Origin: Alloascoidea hylecoeti
Taxonomy: Eukaryota
Assembly: GCA_001600815.1 (NCBI GenBank)
Contig: BCKZ01000005.1
Coordinates: forward strand, 195,532-259,531
Reading direction: 5' to 3'
Length of the DNA: 64,000 nt
Under the pieces are notes generated by a model that made no database searches, was not told where the DNA came from, and saw only the letters and a program-made list of their open reading frames with translations. How positions within the stretch are numbered: the first letter of the stretch is position 1; the number at the start of each line of letters is the position of its first letter. Shown piece after piece: positions 1-12,330 of the stretch. The position numbers were made by a program, and so were the translations under genes.

Positions 1-291
1 ACCTGCCCCACCTAAATTCTCTGGGGTTTCAATACCCATTAAACCCATTTCGAACAGTGATTTAATGACCTCGGGATCCATACTTTCAGCTTCATCCATA
101 TCACGTACTTTTGGAGCAATTACCTGGGAAGCGAAAGAAGCAACGGAATCACGAAACATTGACTCTTCATCCGATAAGATGGATAACGGAGATGAAGAAT
201 AGCATCTCACAATGGGTTTTAAATTTCGTAAAGAAGTCGACAGAGGTCTTGAAGCGATTGGGATTGATTTTAGGGAAATAGAACGTAACAT
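1..291 (-). CDS. Mitochondrial short/branched-chain acyl-CoA dehydrogenase, 5' part (continues beyond window start)
   Basis: Manual translation from ATG at 291: MLRSISLKSIPIASRPLSTSLRNLKPIVRCYSSSPLSILSDEESMFRDSVASFASQVIAPKVRDMDEAESMDPEVIKSLFEMGLMGIETPENLGGAG. This is an Arg/Ser-rich presequence followed by the ACAD N-terminal signature. Absent from the ORF track because it is truncated. Confidence 0.9.
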   Translation of the reverse strand, partial: MLRSISLKSIPIASRPLSTSLRNLKPIVRCYSSSPLSILSDEESMFRDSVASFASQVIAPKVRDMDEAESMDPEVIKSLFEMGLMGIETPENLGGAG

Positions 292-472
292 TTTATAGAT
301 TAAATACACGAATTCGAGGTTAAAATAGTAAATTTAGGAAAACTTAGAAAAACAGGATAATTGGAGGTTATATACATTTTAGTAGGTCGGTTATACACGG
401 CCTATCCGTTTCCCAATTGGGTTTTATTGACATTCGGAGGGGTAGTCACATGCCCTTTCCGCTAAGGAACCA

Positions 473-910
473 CTAAGGAACCACGTTGATTCCCGCCGAC
501 TTGGCGACCGCAATAACGGACTTCGCTATCATCTCCAACCTCAGGTTCTCGTGTCTCAGGTCCGTCTGCTTGATCTGGGCAATGTGGTAAATGTGCTTCA
601 GGCTGACCGTGCCTGCCACTTGGTGTCCCGGGGTGTCGCTGCCCTTCTCGATGCCTGCGGCTTTCATCAGCAGCCACACGGTATTGGGGCTCTTGGTTTC
701 AAACGTAAACGTCCTGTCTGGTTTGATCGTAACAACCACGGGAACTGGTGTATCTGCGATGTATTCCTGTGTCCGGGCATTGAATTCTTTACAGAAATCA
801 ATTGCTTTAACTCCTTTGGAACCGAGGGCCGGACCAACGGGAGGGGTTGGGGTGGCCTTTCCGGCTCCAACTATCATCTTTACCGTGTGGTTCACAAGGA
901 CTTTAGACAT
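473..910 (-). CDS. MRPL19: Mitochondrial ribosomal protein uL11m
   Basis: [38 protein letters not shown] is the L11 signature. First ATG is at 910; the track start at 934 is non-ATG. Confidence 0.95.
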   Translation of the reverse strand: MSKVLVNHTVKMIVGAGKATPTPPVGPALGSKGVKAIDFCKEFNARTQEYIADTPVPVVVTIKPDRTFTFETKSPNTVWLLMKAAGIEKGSDTPGHQVAGTVSLKHIYHIAQIKQTDLRHENLRLEMIAKSVIAVAKSAGINVVP

Positions 911-1034
911 TGTTGGGTTGTGCTGTTGGATCAAATCCGCTTCTGATGTTTCTGATGTTTCTGAGTAAAAGATTTTTCAGATACAAAACACCCATACACT
1001 TCGATTATGTAAGATTATATTTGACAATTGCTTG

Positions 1035-3362
1035 CTATTGGTACTTGGGTTTATAATAAAAATCCAACTTTGGCCCAGAAGAGGTCTGTTTTTCTTTTCT
1101 CTTTCCCGTTAAGCTTTGTCCGTCTACTCTTTTTTTTATACCTTGTTTCCCCATCATAGCTTCCAATGCTGATATTCCAAAATCGAATACCTTAAGAATT
1201 GAATTTCCTGGATTTAAGCTTCCATAATGAATATCAAGAAATCTATGTGATTGATAGTTTGTTGAAGTATGAAGATAAATCCTTTCTTTTGTAAGTCCAA
1301 TTCTTCTTATACATTTGAATTCAATACTATTTTTAATTTTAAATTCTCCTAATCTGTCTCCATTACTTAACCTGTAAACTTCAAATCTCTGCTTATGGGT
1401 AACAATTTCTGCTGACCTTACATCTGTAAACATAAATGCAATCATATCAGCTCCAAAATTATATGAAAACAGTTCACAAGTCTCATAATTTCCTTTACTT
1501 GGCTTCATGTATAGTGTCCAAGATTTAATTAATTCAGGTTTTTCTTTTTTCAAGCTCCATATATTCATTTTGTTGAACCGTTTAAACATAGTAAAATTAT
1601 ATAGATTACCTTCATAAATCTTGAAAAAAGATGGTGGTACTGGAGTAATAAAAGAGACCGGTTTAATTGTGTTAGAATTTCCAAATTCTACATTTGGTAG
1701 TAGCTTTGGTACAGGTACCTGAATTTCTTTATAGCTTTTAAATCCTTCTCTCAACTTTTTTATATCAACTTCCACAATTACTATAGTTGTTAATCCTTTG
1801 TCTTTATCTTCATATTTCAGAGCAATCTTACTGTACTCAAATTTATTATTCTCTTCAATGGCAATATCAGAAACCATATCAAATTTCTTATTGCCAATTT
1901 TAATTGGTTTTAATTCCAATAATGTTTTATTTGTTTTCCCAGTTTTTAAATCTATTGCAATAAATCCATTTTCTGAACCAGAATATATTAATACTTTATT
2001 TGAATCTTTATCCAGTTTAAAAAATCTACCATATTGTGGTTCATAAAACTCATCAATATTATCATTTGGTTTAAAACCATAATCATTTAAAATATATTTT
2101 GTTCTTTGACCAATCAAGTTATAACCAAGTTCTACTTGAATAATTGTTCCATTACTATGAAAAAGTGTAACTTTTCTTTCTCGTCTTTCGAATTCAACAT
2201 CTGATATATGTATAAATGAATCACTATTTGAAAAGTTTTGATTAGTAGTAGTGCTTTGAGTATTATCATTTGTTTTACCAATAATTGAAAGTTGAATATC
2301 CTTTAAAGTTTGATCAACCTTATCTTGAAATAAAGGAGAAGGAATTGTTTTCACCACTTCAAGTTTAATTTTAAATGTAATAATTTTCTCATTACTATCA
2401 ATTATATGGGGGGAAGCCATTGAATTATATAGATTCCAAATACTAGTTAGTTTATATGGATTAGAACTAGTTGAATGTAAATTAGAATAATTCATTGGAT
2501 TAAATGAATCAAGAGAAATTTTAACAATAGTAACACATGTTGGATGAATTAAAAAAATATAATTCCCTTTAATTTTTAAATCAATTAAATCCCATCTATT
2601 AATTTTAAACTCAAATTCATCATATTGTAATTTTGATCCTTTAAGTTCACCCTTTTGACTTCGATATATAAATCTTGTTATATTTTCTTCATATATCTCT
2701 TTTAAATTACATACATCAGTGTATAACATCATTGATGAATCAAATATCATTAAATCACTTGTTTCAGGATTATACTGTAAAATAAAATCACCAAAACTTA
2801 AATTAATAAATTCATATTTTTCAAATTGATTTATATGAGTAGGATAAACATTAATGAATTTAGGAGTTCGATTTACTGCATTTAATAATGAATTAAAACT
2901 TGAGTTTAACGTTAATCTCATTTGCCTTTCAATAGCTTGATAATAAAGATAATAATATAATTCATAAATTGTTCCTTTTTCAAGATGTTGTTTTAATGGA
3001 GAATCCATCCAATCATTTTTAACACCAAGCACAGACTTTCTTTCACAATTCATTAAATATAGTTTATAAAACCAAAAATTAAACCTTTGAAATTCACGAG
3101 CCGGCATACATTGCCATAAATATTGGTATCTCAGTATCTTTTTAAAGTCATTATATTTATCATTCCATGGTAAAACAGGACGCGGACGAGATATTGGACT
3201 TGGTGGAGGATTGATTGTATGATTATTATTGGAATTAATTGTTTGTGGTTGGGATTTTGGCTGTGTTGCATTCTCATTTACAAGTGTATCCTTTCTCCAT
3301 GGTACCTCTCCATAAAGGTACTTATATGCTTCTGACAGATCATTAAATTCAATGCGACTCAT
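1035..3362 (-). CDS. Uncharacterised 775-aa protein; C-terminal two-thirds rich in short beta-strand-like segments (possible propeller)
   Basis: Long uninterrupted ATG-initiated ORF in very AT-rich DNA; no family motif recognised. Confidence 0.75.
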   Translation of the reverse strand: MSRIEFNDLSEAYKYLYGEVPWRKDTLVNENATQPKSQPQTINSNNNHTINPPPSPISRPRPVLPWNDKYNDFKKILRYQYLWQCMPAREFQRFNFWFYKLYLMNCERKSVLGVKNDWMDSPLKQHLEKGTIYELYYYLYYQAIERQMRLTLNSSFNSLLNAVNRTPKFINVYPTHINQFEKYEFINLSFGDFILQYNPETSDLMIFDSSMMLYTDVCNLKEIYEENITRFIYRSQKGELKGSKLQYDEFEFKINRWDLIDLKIKGNYIFLIHPTCVTIVKISLDSFNPMNYSNLHSTSSNPYKLTSIWNLYNSMASPHIIDSNEKIITFKIKLEVVKTIPSPLFQDKVDQTLKDIQLSIIGKTNDNTQSTTTNQNFSNSDSFIHISDVEFERRERKVTLFHSNGTIIQVELGYNLIGQRTKYILNDYGFKPNDNIDEFYEPQYGRFFKLDKDSNKVLIYSGSENGFIAIDLKTGKTNKTLLELKPIKIGNKKFDMVSDIAIEENNKFEYSKIALKYEDKDKGLTTIVIVEVDIKKLREGFKSYKEIQVPVPKLLPNVEFGNSNTIKPVSFITPVPPSFFKIYEGNLYNFTMFKRFNKMNIWSLKKEKPELIKSWTLYMKPSKGNYETCELFSYNFGADMIAFMFTDVRSAEIVTHKQRFEVYRLSNGDRLGEFKIKNSIEFKCIRRIGLTKERIYLHTSTNYQSHRFLDIHYGSLNPGNSILKVFDFGISALEAMMGKQGIKKRVDGQSLTGKRKEKQTSSGPKLDFYYKPKYQ

Positions 3363-4008
3363 TATTATTATAATTAGATATATTAATACTAATTTTGAAA
3401 TGTTATCGATAAGAAAATAAATATAATAAAGAGGAAGGATATAGATTATATATAAAATAATCTCTCCGGTTGCGAAATTAATTCGTTATAATTAGCTTAA
3501 TATAGCAACAAAAATAAATTTTGCAGTTTCCATTTGCAGACTTAGCTTTAAGTTTTATAATATGGATAGCTATAGACAAGTTTTATGAAGCAAACTAATA
3601 GCATCTAACACTGTAAAGAAACATTTTTTTGAGAATAATTGAATCAATATAGTAAATAAGGTTGATCAACTATTAACTACGATTTTAATACATTTAAGTA
3701 GTTTAAGAAAGGTTTTCATTTCAATTTCCCCTAATTTTGGATTACTATTAAGTTTAAATTTTCTACACTTTAGACATTTCTTCTACTTTGGTATAATGCA
3801 TATGCATATGAACAGAACTTCGTTTATATTGAATTAATTGGGATATAGAATTAATTTATACATTACTTTTATGAATCACTTAAATTTATACAATTTGAGA
3901 GTATTATTTGCTACAGAAACTAGTAAAGTGAGCAAACTTCGTAAATTACTCACAGTCAGTCATTGGTTTATTTGTTAGGGGTTCTTCGTCTTAATATAGT
4001 AGAGACCG

Positions 4009-4790
4009 GTGGAACATCACTGGTAATCAGAGTACTTTGATTAGAAGTTTCTTTAAAATAAATTAGGGTTTAGTATGTCAAAATTAAATAATTGAAGAGA
4101 GTACAACTTACGTGACGTTTTTCTTAAAATATGTGACAAACATAGCATGATTATAAGCTTGAAGTTTTTTCACGTCTTTGAGCATTAGCAAGGGCTAAGT
4201 TTTCTCTTGCTAGTTATTGACCTATAGAATGGGTTGGCACTAATTCTTTTTGATTAGCAGTTTTTTCGAAAGAAATGTAAGGGTTACTACAAAATTGAGT
4301 AACTGAAGAGAGCATACTTAAAACTTACGTGAGGTTTTTCTTTAAATATATGCCCGAGCTAAAGCAGCCAGATTTTCAGCTTGGATATCTTTTGCATGTC
4401 TTTTAGCATTAGCATGGTCTAATTCTGTAGAATGGTCTGGTACAAATTCTTTTTAATTAGAAGTATCTTTGAAAAAATTATAAAGGGTTAGTATATCATG
4501 ATTAAATAACCGAGGAGAATATAACCTACATGACGCTGTAGTGGAAGAGGTCAGTGGAATATCACTGGTAATTGCCGTATCTTGATTAGAGGTTTCTTTG
4601 AAAAAAACGTTAATATGATAAAATTGAATAAATGAGGAGATCTAGAGTATAAACATACGTAAACGATGCTCTCGACCTACAAATATGTGCCCGAGTTAAA
4701 GCGGCTTTATTTCGAGATTTAATTTTTTTTACTTGTTTTTGAGCTCTAGCATTGACTAAGCTTGATATAGCGGTACAAATTTTAAAGAGT
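4009..4790. repeat. Degenerate tandem repeat, ~200-bp unit, about four copies
   Basis: Recurring blocks in the same order (TGATTAG-AG-TT-TTT at ~4039, 4251, 4455, 4582), then GGGTT, GAAGAGAG, ACTTACGTGA, AAATAT-TGCCCGAG-TAAAGC and AGCATTAGCA. GTGGAA-ATCACTGGTAAT occurs at ~4009 and ~4555. Confidence 0.8.
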
Positions 4791-6626
4791 TCACAGTAAA
4801 AGGATAAAGTTTGTATTAAAAGGAACAGAACCAAAATCTAATTAGGGAGATTTAGCTTAGTATGAGAACACCCATACGGCCATAAATAATATATTATGTT
4901 AAAATCAAGATTTCTCGAAAGTCCTTCTAGAACTATTTTTTTCAATTGGGTATTGGAAATATTGAGATGAGAAGATATATACATCTGTAGGAATTGAGTG
5001 AAATTTGAGAGTGGAAAAGTGGAGTATTATTTTATAATGGGAAAACAATAAAAATCACAATTACCCGACCAGTATCACGTGATATTATATGAGATTTATT
5101 ACTTTCTAACGGGAATGAAAAGTTTGGTTTGAACTAGACAACGAAAGAAACTCTAGAGGGTAAAACAATTCGATTTTTTGTGATGAGAGTAGATCTGTAT
5201 ATATTCTACTTATGGTTGGTCATACATCCAAGGAGCCTAATAACGTGATGATCTGCTCGGGCTTATAGAAGATTTTTTCGAATATATAGTATCAATGTCC
5301 CTATATTTTAAGTAACTTGTCTTCAGACTAATACAGACCAGCTTTAGTCTTCAACTCATCCATATTACTCACTGCAAGTTTATGAGCAGTCAAACCCCAG
5401 TGTTTAGAAAACACATCGAATAGAAATAAATTATCAGAACAGGTGGAAGACAATTCTAATAAGAGATAGAAACTTAATACAGGGATCAGTAAACATATTG
5501 TTAGTACTAGCATTATATCAGTGAATGAATGATAGCATTGGAACAAATGGTGCTTCAGATATTAAAACTACCAGTAGAGCAAATGATGTTAGTAAGAACA
5601 AACATCCAACATCGTGACTCAAATGATACCAAATCTGCAGATATGGATGTTGAGATTAAAAGAGTTGGTATAGTTTTCTAATACTGGGAGATTTCGTTTC
5701 AATGTGTCATTCTTAATCGTCTTGAGTGAAAAAGTTTGGGAGAATAAGACTGTTGGGGATACAGCAACGGAGAAAATGGAAATGACATAGTACTTGTCAT
5801 TCTTTGAATTATTAATAATTCTATTCTAATAGGGTATATAATTGTATATTAGATGTATTTAAAATTTAAAGTTTAATACATATGGAGCATATTCTGAAAT
5901 TCATACGATAAAATTTAAGTATTAAATTACTATTAATCGTAGACTATAAGAATTATCGGCGGATCAAACGAATTTGCTTTTATTCCGGACTCCGGAGCAT
6001 GGACTCTTCTCCTTCTTTTTCTCAAAATCTTATTTTCTCCGCTAGGGTTATATCAATTTTATTTCTCATTGGCCAATTGGGGGGAATGAGTGGTGTTAGC
6101 ATCTCTACCCGTGTTGTCACTGCCATGGACAGTTGACACCCAAGAACTCCCGATAATTAATCGGAGTTCCGGTATGAAAAGTAGTTTTCCTTCGAATAAT
6201 AATGCTGCCTGATTTGCTTTCCAGGTCTAGATCTACTAAATAAACAATAATAGTAATTGTTCCAAACTCATTCTTATTTTCCATATTAGATGAAGCACAA
6301 TGACTATTGGCTCATAATTGAAATTACTTATAATTAATTATTTAAGTTTCAATACAATTAATGGTATTATTTTCAATATTTCAGGATTTAAACCCGATAT
6401 GAATTTGAAATATTCTTTTGTCTATATAGGTAGTTTTAACATCCCAGCTAAAAGTATAAAAAGATTTTCACTAATTAGAACAAATTTAAAGTGAACAGCT
6501 AAAGATATATAAAATTGCTCAAAGTCCGGAAAGTATAAACAATTTAACTAATTTATCGGAATATCCAGGCTTTTAGAGATGCGCATCAGATTCCGGGATT
6601 TTAGATTGATTATCTAGATTAGGTTG

Positions 6627-6730
6627 TTATCAGATCATGCAGCCTGGCGTGATATTATGCAGTGTCAGCAGGGGATTGGGCTCGCTGATTGGCCATACGC
6701 AGCTGCTTACTTTTACAGACGTGTGATTGG
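6627..6730 (-). promoter_or_regulatory. ATCTGATAA (SreA/Sfu1-type extended GATA site) plus three CCAAT boxes upstream of the iron GATA factor
   Basis: TTATCAGAT at 6627-6635; ATTGG at 6675-6679, 6688-6692 and 6726-6730, all within 180 bp of the ATG at 6808. Confidence 0.55.
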
Positions 6731-6807
6731 ACGAGACAATAATAATAAATCTATTTGCCTTGTGTGTTCTCTCTTGCTGTTTAATACTTGTACGATTAAT
6801 ATTTGGA

Positions 6808-8301
6808 ATGACAAATTTAGGCCCGCAAGTTTGTTCTAATTGCGGCACGGCACACACCCCGCTATGGAGACGGGACCCGGCTGGTCTGCTGATCTGTAAT
6901 GCCTGTGGTCTGTATTTAAGAGCTAACAACCATCATCGGCCGGTTCATCTGAAAAGACCGCCAAATGTCGTTCCTGTGACCTCAGCACAAGTGGAAGGAA
7001 CCTGCCAAGGAAATGGAAAATGCGACGGAACCGGTGGCAGCGAATCCTGTAAAGGCTGTCCGGCCTTCAACAACAGGATAGTGTTGTCCAGCCCAAGTTC
7101 CACGGGTCACACCACAGCTCCCACGACTGAATGTGCAGGCTCATCCTCTGAAAAAGAAGGTCCCAACCCTTGTAGCAAAGGTGTTACATGCTGCAAAATT
7201 ATTGGCGATATTTGTAATAACCATAATAATTCTTCAACCTCTCAAAATGACACCACAAACAACAGTAATACAATGCCAGAGCCAACTCCTGTCGCTATTG
7301 CTTGTCAAAACTGCTCAACAACTGTCACTCCCTTATGGAGACGCGATGCTGCTGGCCACACAATATGCAATGCTTGTGGTTTGTATTACAAGTTACATGG
7401 TTCTCATAGACCAGTACAAATGAAAAAATCAACCATTAAAAGAAGAAAAAGAAATACAGGTACTACTAAATTCTTAGATGGAGGAAGTATTATAAATGTT
7501 GGCTTAAATATTTATCAATCTCAATCTTCTCCTAGCAATTCCCATCATGACACGATAAATTTACCTCCTATAAGAAATTTGCAGCAATCCACTTCAGACC
7601 AGTTACAATCACAAACAGAAATTCGAAAGACATCTTCTATGCCTTTAGCGGTTGATTTCACTGGGTTGTATTCAAAATCATCCTCTTCTCCAAATTCTTT
7701 GGTATTTCAATCATATAGTCCAAATTCTAATTCTAACCAACACCCTAAAATACCTAAATTACATTCTTTATCATTAAATAATAATAACAATGAACATCAA
7801 CAAAATACCAATTCGAATCCAAATCACCTTGTTTCTATAAATTCATTGTTAAATTATGAATCTAGTCATGGTAGTCAATCACACCACAAACAAGCGCCAA
7901 ATCCCGAATCTCATATACCACGTGATGAAGTTGATGATGATGAAGATATGGAAGTAAAACGTGAAAATTTAGCAGAAACATTAAAACACTACAAAGAAAA
8001 AATATTAGAACTAGAAAAACAATTACATGCTACTAATTCATCATCATCATCATCATCTAATAATAATAATAATAATAAATCAGAATTTAAGATTGATGAT
8101 ATAAATGAAGATCCTATTTTGGTTGTTCCATCACCACCAATTTCAACTCTTGAAAAATCAAATAGTAATACATCTGAAAATATTGAAATGAATGATTTAA
8201 ATATAGATTCAGATGATAATAACAATAATAATTCTAATGTGAATGTTGATATTCAAATTGGGATCTTACCTAATTTGAAAAAGTTAAAAACAAGTATATG
8301 A
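6808..8301 (+). CDS. SFU1: Iron-responsive GATA repressor (Sfu1/Fep1/SreA family)
   Basis: Two GATA fingers ([44 protein letters not shown]) flank the Cys-rich [27 protein letters not shown] region (C-x5-C-x8-C-x2-C). C-terminal coiled coil. First ATG at 6808. Confidence 0.93.
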   Translation: MTNLGPQVCSNCGTAHTPLWRRDPAGLLICNACGLYLRANNHHRPVHLKRPPNVVPVTSAQVEGTCQGNGKCDGTGGSESCKGCPAFNNRIVLSSPSSTGHTTAPTTECAGSSSEKEGPNPCSKGVTCCKIIGDICNNHNNSSTSQNDTTNNSNTMPEPTPVAIACQNCSTTVTPLWRRDAAGHTICNACGLYYKLHGSHRPVQMKKSTIKRRKRNTGTTKFLDGGSIINVGLNIYQSQSSPSNSHHDTINLPPIRNLQQSTSDQLQSQTEIRKTSSMPLAVDFTGLYSKSSSSPNSLVFQSYSPNSNSNQHPKIPKLHSLSLNNNNNEHQQNTNSNPNHLVSINSLLNYESSHGSQSHHKQAPNPESHIPRDEVDDDEDMEVKRENLAETLKHYKEKILELEKQLHATNSSSSSSSNNNNNNKSEFKIDDINEDPILVVPSPPISTLEKSNSNTSENIEMNDLNIDSDDNNNNNSNVNVDIQIGILPNLKKLKTSI

Positions 8302-9460
8302 CAGTTTTTTTTTATTTATCATGAAATAAGAATCGAAGATAAAAATGATATGAAATAAATTATATTATATGAGATGTTAACTATAATTGAGAGGAAATAT
8401 ATTATTTCATTCGATTTTTTTAATTATAGATTTATGCCCACTAGCGCTTACTAAAATGAAGTTGATAATTAATTGTAATCATACTTCTAAACATAACAAG
8501 ACTCTCATTAATTCAATTATTTATTATTTCTCTTTAAACCTTATGATTATGATATTCACTTGTGAAAGTAGTATCACTATTTTACGTTCTTTTTTTTTTT
8601 AGCTTTTATTGCTTTTTTTTTATTTCTAACTATTTATTTACTAAAATTTATTTTGTTGAATGATGCATATCTTTTTTTTCTTTTTGAGTTATATCTTAAT
8701 GAAAATACTTATAATTACTTGTTCATATAATGGGGATATAAGACAGATTTAACGTTTTTCTACACCTTAAATTAAGTCATATTATAGCTTGTGTATTAAG
8801 CAAGCTTAAACAAAAATAATAATAATTTTTCTATTTGGTCAATTTCAATTTAGAGCTACCTAGTGTAAATCTTGTGCAAATATATATCCTCAGAGGATAT
8901 CACACATGATTTAAAATTGTGAACACTTCCTCTAGAACTAATGGCTACGTGTTAGTTTTTCTTGGGTTTTGGTTTATTAATTGAAATATATGTTCCACTT
9001 TGTAAGTGTCGACGATAAGTTCTGTTTGAGTGTATAAATAGCTTCTCTTTGCTTTCTTTTCAGTTTTATAATTAATTTTTATCCTTGATATCGCTTTAAG
9101 GTCCCAATCTGTCCTTAATTGTTTAATAATACAAACGTGTATGTTTATCATCACAGCTACAGTACTATAGTGTTCGTCATCTGGAAATACCGGATTTAAC
9201 ACTTGATATTACATGTATTTTGTCTTTTATTTCCCTTGTCGCCGTGCAAAACACATAGGGAATCATCGCGGGTGAATGTCAATTTAACCAAACTGAATTA
9301 ACACTATAGCTGGTCTCAGATTACTATTTCATTATGCTACCCAAGCTTTGTATTTAGTATTCTTATTCGATTCTTGTGAAACTCGACTTATATCATATAT
9401 GGTTCATTATTTACATGTTTATAATTACTCTAGCTCGCTACAAGTTATGTTATATTAATT

Positions 9461-10774
9461 TCACATATAGCAATATTTTCCATTATACTCCCAAATTGGA
9501 AATTGTCTTCCATCTTGTCCAGATTTCCATTCTCTTAAAGCTGATAAACTTTTATTTGTTACTCCAGTCTCAAATCCAAACTTTCCAAATTCCTCTTGTA
9601 GTATAGGAGCATATGATTCATCGCCACCATAAGGTAAATCCCCTCGCCATATTAAAGTTGATTCAAGATTGAATTTTTGGGCTTCGGATAGTGCAGCATA
9701 AATTAATTTATAGATATATTGTTTAGAATCTTCGATATTTGTAATATTTGAGAAGAGTCGTATTATGAATAATTTTCTTTTAATAAAGTCATGAAACCAT
9801 ATAATAAAAGTTTTATCTCTCTTGTTATCATGGATAATCTCAGCACCATGATAAGTTGTCTTCTGATGATCTACTGTGAGAATAGTACTATAATATTCAG
9901 ACCTAGAATGGAAGAAATCAAATGTTTCAGCTGTTGGTAGAATAGCTACCCTTGGTATGTTGTCTTTTTGGGACTTCTTCAACATCATAGATTGTAAATA
10001 TTCAATATCCAAATTAGCATATTCATTAAAGGCATGGCGAGGTAGTAATTTAATAGAACTATCTAATTTAATGGTCTCAGCTGTAGTTGGGGTTTTTATT
10101 TCCGTAAGCTTTGATTCATCACTAACAAATCCAAACTGAGCATAAAATTGTCCAACTCCTGAATACAAAGTTTGAAATCCATACTTTGATATTCCTGGAT
10201 TAGCATCTTCATATTTTTCCATCTTATGATAATCGAGACAATCTGTTAGAGCTTTTAACATTGAAATTCCAAGGCCCTTTTTTCTATACTCAGGAAGAAT
10301 ATAAACATTTCCAATCACATGAGTGGGAACTTTTACAAGTTCAACTACACCATCAGGCTTAATGATTGTACGAAATCCTGGTCTAAGACACGATTCACAA
10401 CTCCCAATAATCTGACTGCATTGAGCCTTTGCGTTTTCGGCTGCTTTTAAACTCGTAGCATCAGAAGGAGTTGGTGCCATATTAAGAGCAGTATCTTTAA
10501 TGATTTCAAGTACATCTGAATCAAGATTTGAATTTAGCCCTAGAGGAATTTCAGTATCATAAAAGACCCAAAAAGTGTTGCCTTTCTTAATCATTTCACT
10601 GTCACCAACGACATGTTCTCGTCTAACATATTCTGCTAGTGTCAAGTCACATCTCCATAAAACACCATTTGAAGCATGACAATAATCTCTAATTATAGGA
10701 TGATGAGCTGGCGAAAGAACAAGAGATGTACCTTCAACTGGATACTTTTCATGGCCTAAAGGAATTGTAGACAT
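9461..10774 (-). CDS. GNAT acetyltransferase, LYC1/YIR042C-like (copy 1)
   Basis: W..LTLAEYVRRE, IIGSCE, IGNVYILPEYRKKGLG (acetyl-CoA motif A), TLYSGVGQFYAQFGF, and C-terminal SLSALR..WEYNGKYCY. Confidence 0.85.
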   Translation of the reverse strand: MSTIPLGHEKYPVEGTSLVLSPAHHPIIRDYCHASNGVLWRCDLTLAEYVRREHVVGDSEMIKKGNTFWVFYDTEIPLGLNSNLDSDVLEIIKDTALNMAPTPSDATSLKAAENAKAQCSQIIGSCESCLRPGFRTIIKPDGVVELVKVPTHVIGNVYILPEYRKKGLGISMLKALTDCLDYHKMEKYEDANPGISKYGFQTLYSGVGQFYAQFGFVSDESKLTEIKTPTTAETIKLDSSIKLLPRHAFNEYANLDIEYLQSMMLKKSQKDNIPRVAILPTAETFDFFHSRSEYYSTILTVDHQKTTYHGAEIIHDNKRDKTFIIWFHDFIKRKLFIIRLFSNITNIEDSKQYIYKLIYAALSEAQKFNLESTLIWRGDLPYGGDESYAPILQEEFGKFGFETGVTNKSLSALREWKSGQDGRQFPIWEYNGKYCYM

Positions 10775-12039
10775 CTTATTACTTATATACCAATAGATTG
10801 ATAAATGTTTATACCTTGAATATTAATAGATGGGTAGACAAAGAAGAAACTTATAAACCCTAGAAAATTTTAACAGATCGATCTAGAGGGATGCTTATAA
10901 TTATAAAACTTGCGGCTGGTTACATTGATATTGTCAGTTATTTGTAAAGAAATTCAATTAATAATTATAAAAGGTGCTACAGTGCCTTGTACCGTTCTTA
11001 TAAACCCTCAGCTTGTGGCTCTCCATTGGGGCTTGACTGTGAGATTCTCACTATGGTGGCAAAAAGCGACAGTGCATAGGACGAAAATCCGACGCATCGA
11101 CAATTTTGCCATGGACGGGTAAACTTCCAAATATAGCACTGCACATATACATATTTACTATATATGGATATACATATCTGCATAATTACTGAATATGGGA
11201 CTGCATTGAATAAAGTTGTTAAAGTTCAAAGTGCCTGTTCTCCCAGTTGCGCCAAAAAGCCAATCGACTCTTTAGTGAACTGTTCTAAGAGTGTAATATA
11301 TATCCAACAAAAGTGGAAAAAAGAACTAAATTAATTCTAACTGCCATTTATTTATTTGAATACATCTTCATAATTGTCATTTATTGACGGTTAGTTGAGT
11401 TAGTTGCAAAAAAGGGGGATATTGAGAAAAGTTTCATCATGGTCAACGTTAAGAATTCAAGAATTGAATAATAATAATAATAATTAATTTACCAGTTATA
11501 GGCCTATTATCATAATAATATTAATCGGCTTCTCTGTTTCTCTGTTTCAACTCTTTGCAACACCTCGCTGTGCTCATCTTATAGGATATGACCTTTTTCA
11601 AATTTTATAAAAGGCACACCAATCAATTAAAATAATTAGTTAGTCAATTACAACCCCGCAATGATTAATTATAACCGGAAAATTAGCACCATTATTGGTT
11701 ATAAGCTTTTTTACGAAAGCTCAATTAACAAATAATTAGCAAACAATTTCCGTATTTAGGGTTAATTATAAGGTTTAATTTCCCCACTATATATTATATG
11801 CATATGCTAGTTTTTCCTTAAATTCATAATTAAAATGTGGGGGTTGGAAAGATTGATGATATTGAATCATTATTGATCATAATTCATGATATTGATAATA
11901 ATGATAAGTATCAGTTTTAAGAATTGTTTGTAAGTGTATATAATATATAACTATTTTGTAAGGACAACTAAGACATTGGACTAGAGGGCACTATGTAATC
12001 CCTAGTACTAAATCGGTGATTCCTACTTCTCTAGCCTCA

Positions 12040-12330
12040 ACGAATCACTTGATTAAGTTAGCCTTCTCAGCGCGATTACTACTGATGGGTAAGTGACGCA
12101 TTCTAATGAGATGACCAGTTTGCAAGGATCCCATTCAATTGTAGACATTTTGATTCACTCGGATTGAAAACTTTCCAACTATGCATATCAGCCGCTTCTC
12201 CAGGGAAGAATTCAGTTAATCAATATTATAAATTTCATTTGCTTCATACTGATTTTCGTTGATCAAGCTTTCAAGGGTGTGATCCCAAGATTTGAGATTG
12301 GTGCATCAAGCCGGTATTTATCCGATGTGG
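12040..12330 (-). mobile_element. Fossil Fot1/pogo-family (DDE_1) transposase fragment
   Basis: Minus strand reads LKSWDHTLESLINENQYEANEIYNID*, then after a 1-nt shift TEFFPGE, then KLVISLECVTYPSVVI. This matches the pogo/Fot1 pattern WF..L...I.......IYNxDETGF..G ... VTxxECxS....P.VI. Confidence 0.65.

Noticed and set aside
462..968. Four extra ORFs overlapping MRPL19 on both strands
   Set aside because: Shadow ORFs caused by stop-codon scarcity in a GC island; only the L11 frame has a recognisable product.
4009..4790. CRISPR-like array
   Set aside because: Eukaryotic context; the units are long and degenerate with no repeat-spacer structure.
5125..5270. Tc1-like words on the plus strand (IFCDESR ... 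NVMICSG)
   Set aside because: Spacing is too short and no downstream QDN or WP motif is seen; may be chance.
6143..6169. Short inverted repeat GAACTCCCGAT-N5-ATCGGAGTTC
   Set aside because: Single small palindrome; could be a Zn2Cys6 site but is unsupported on its own.
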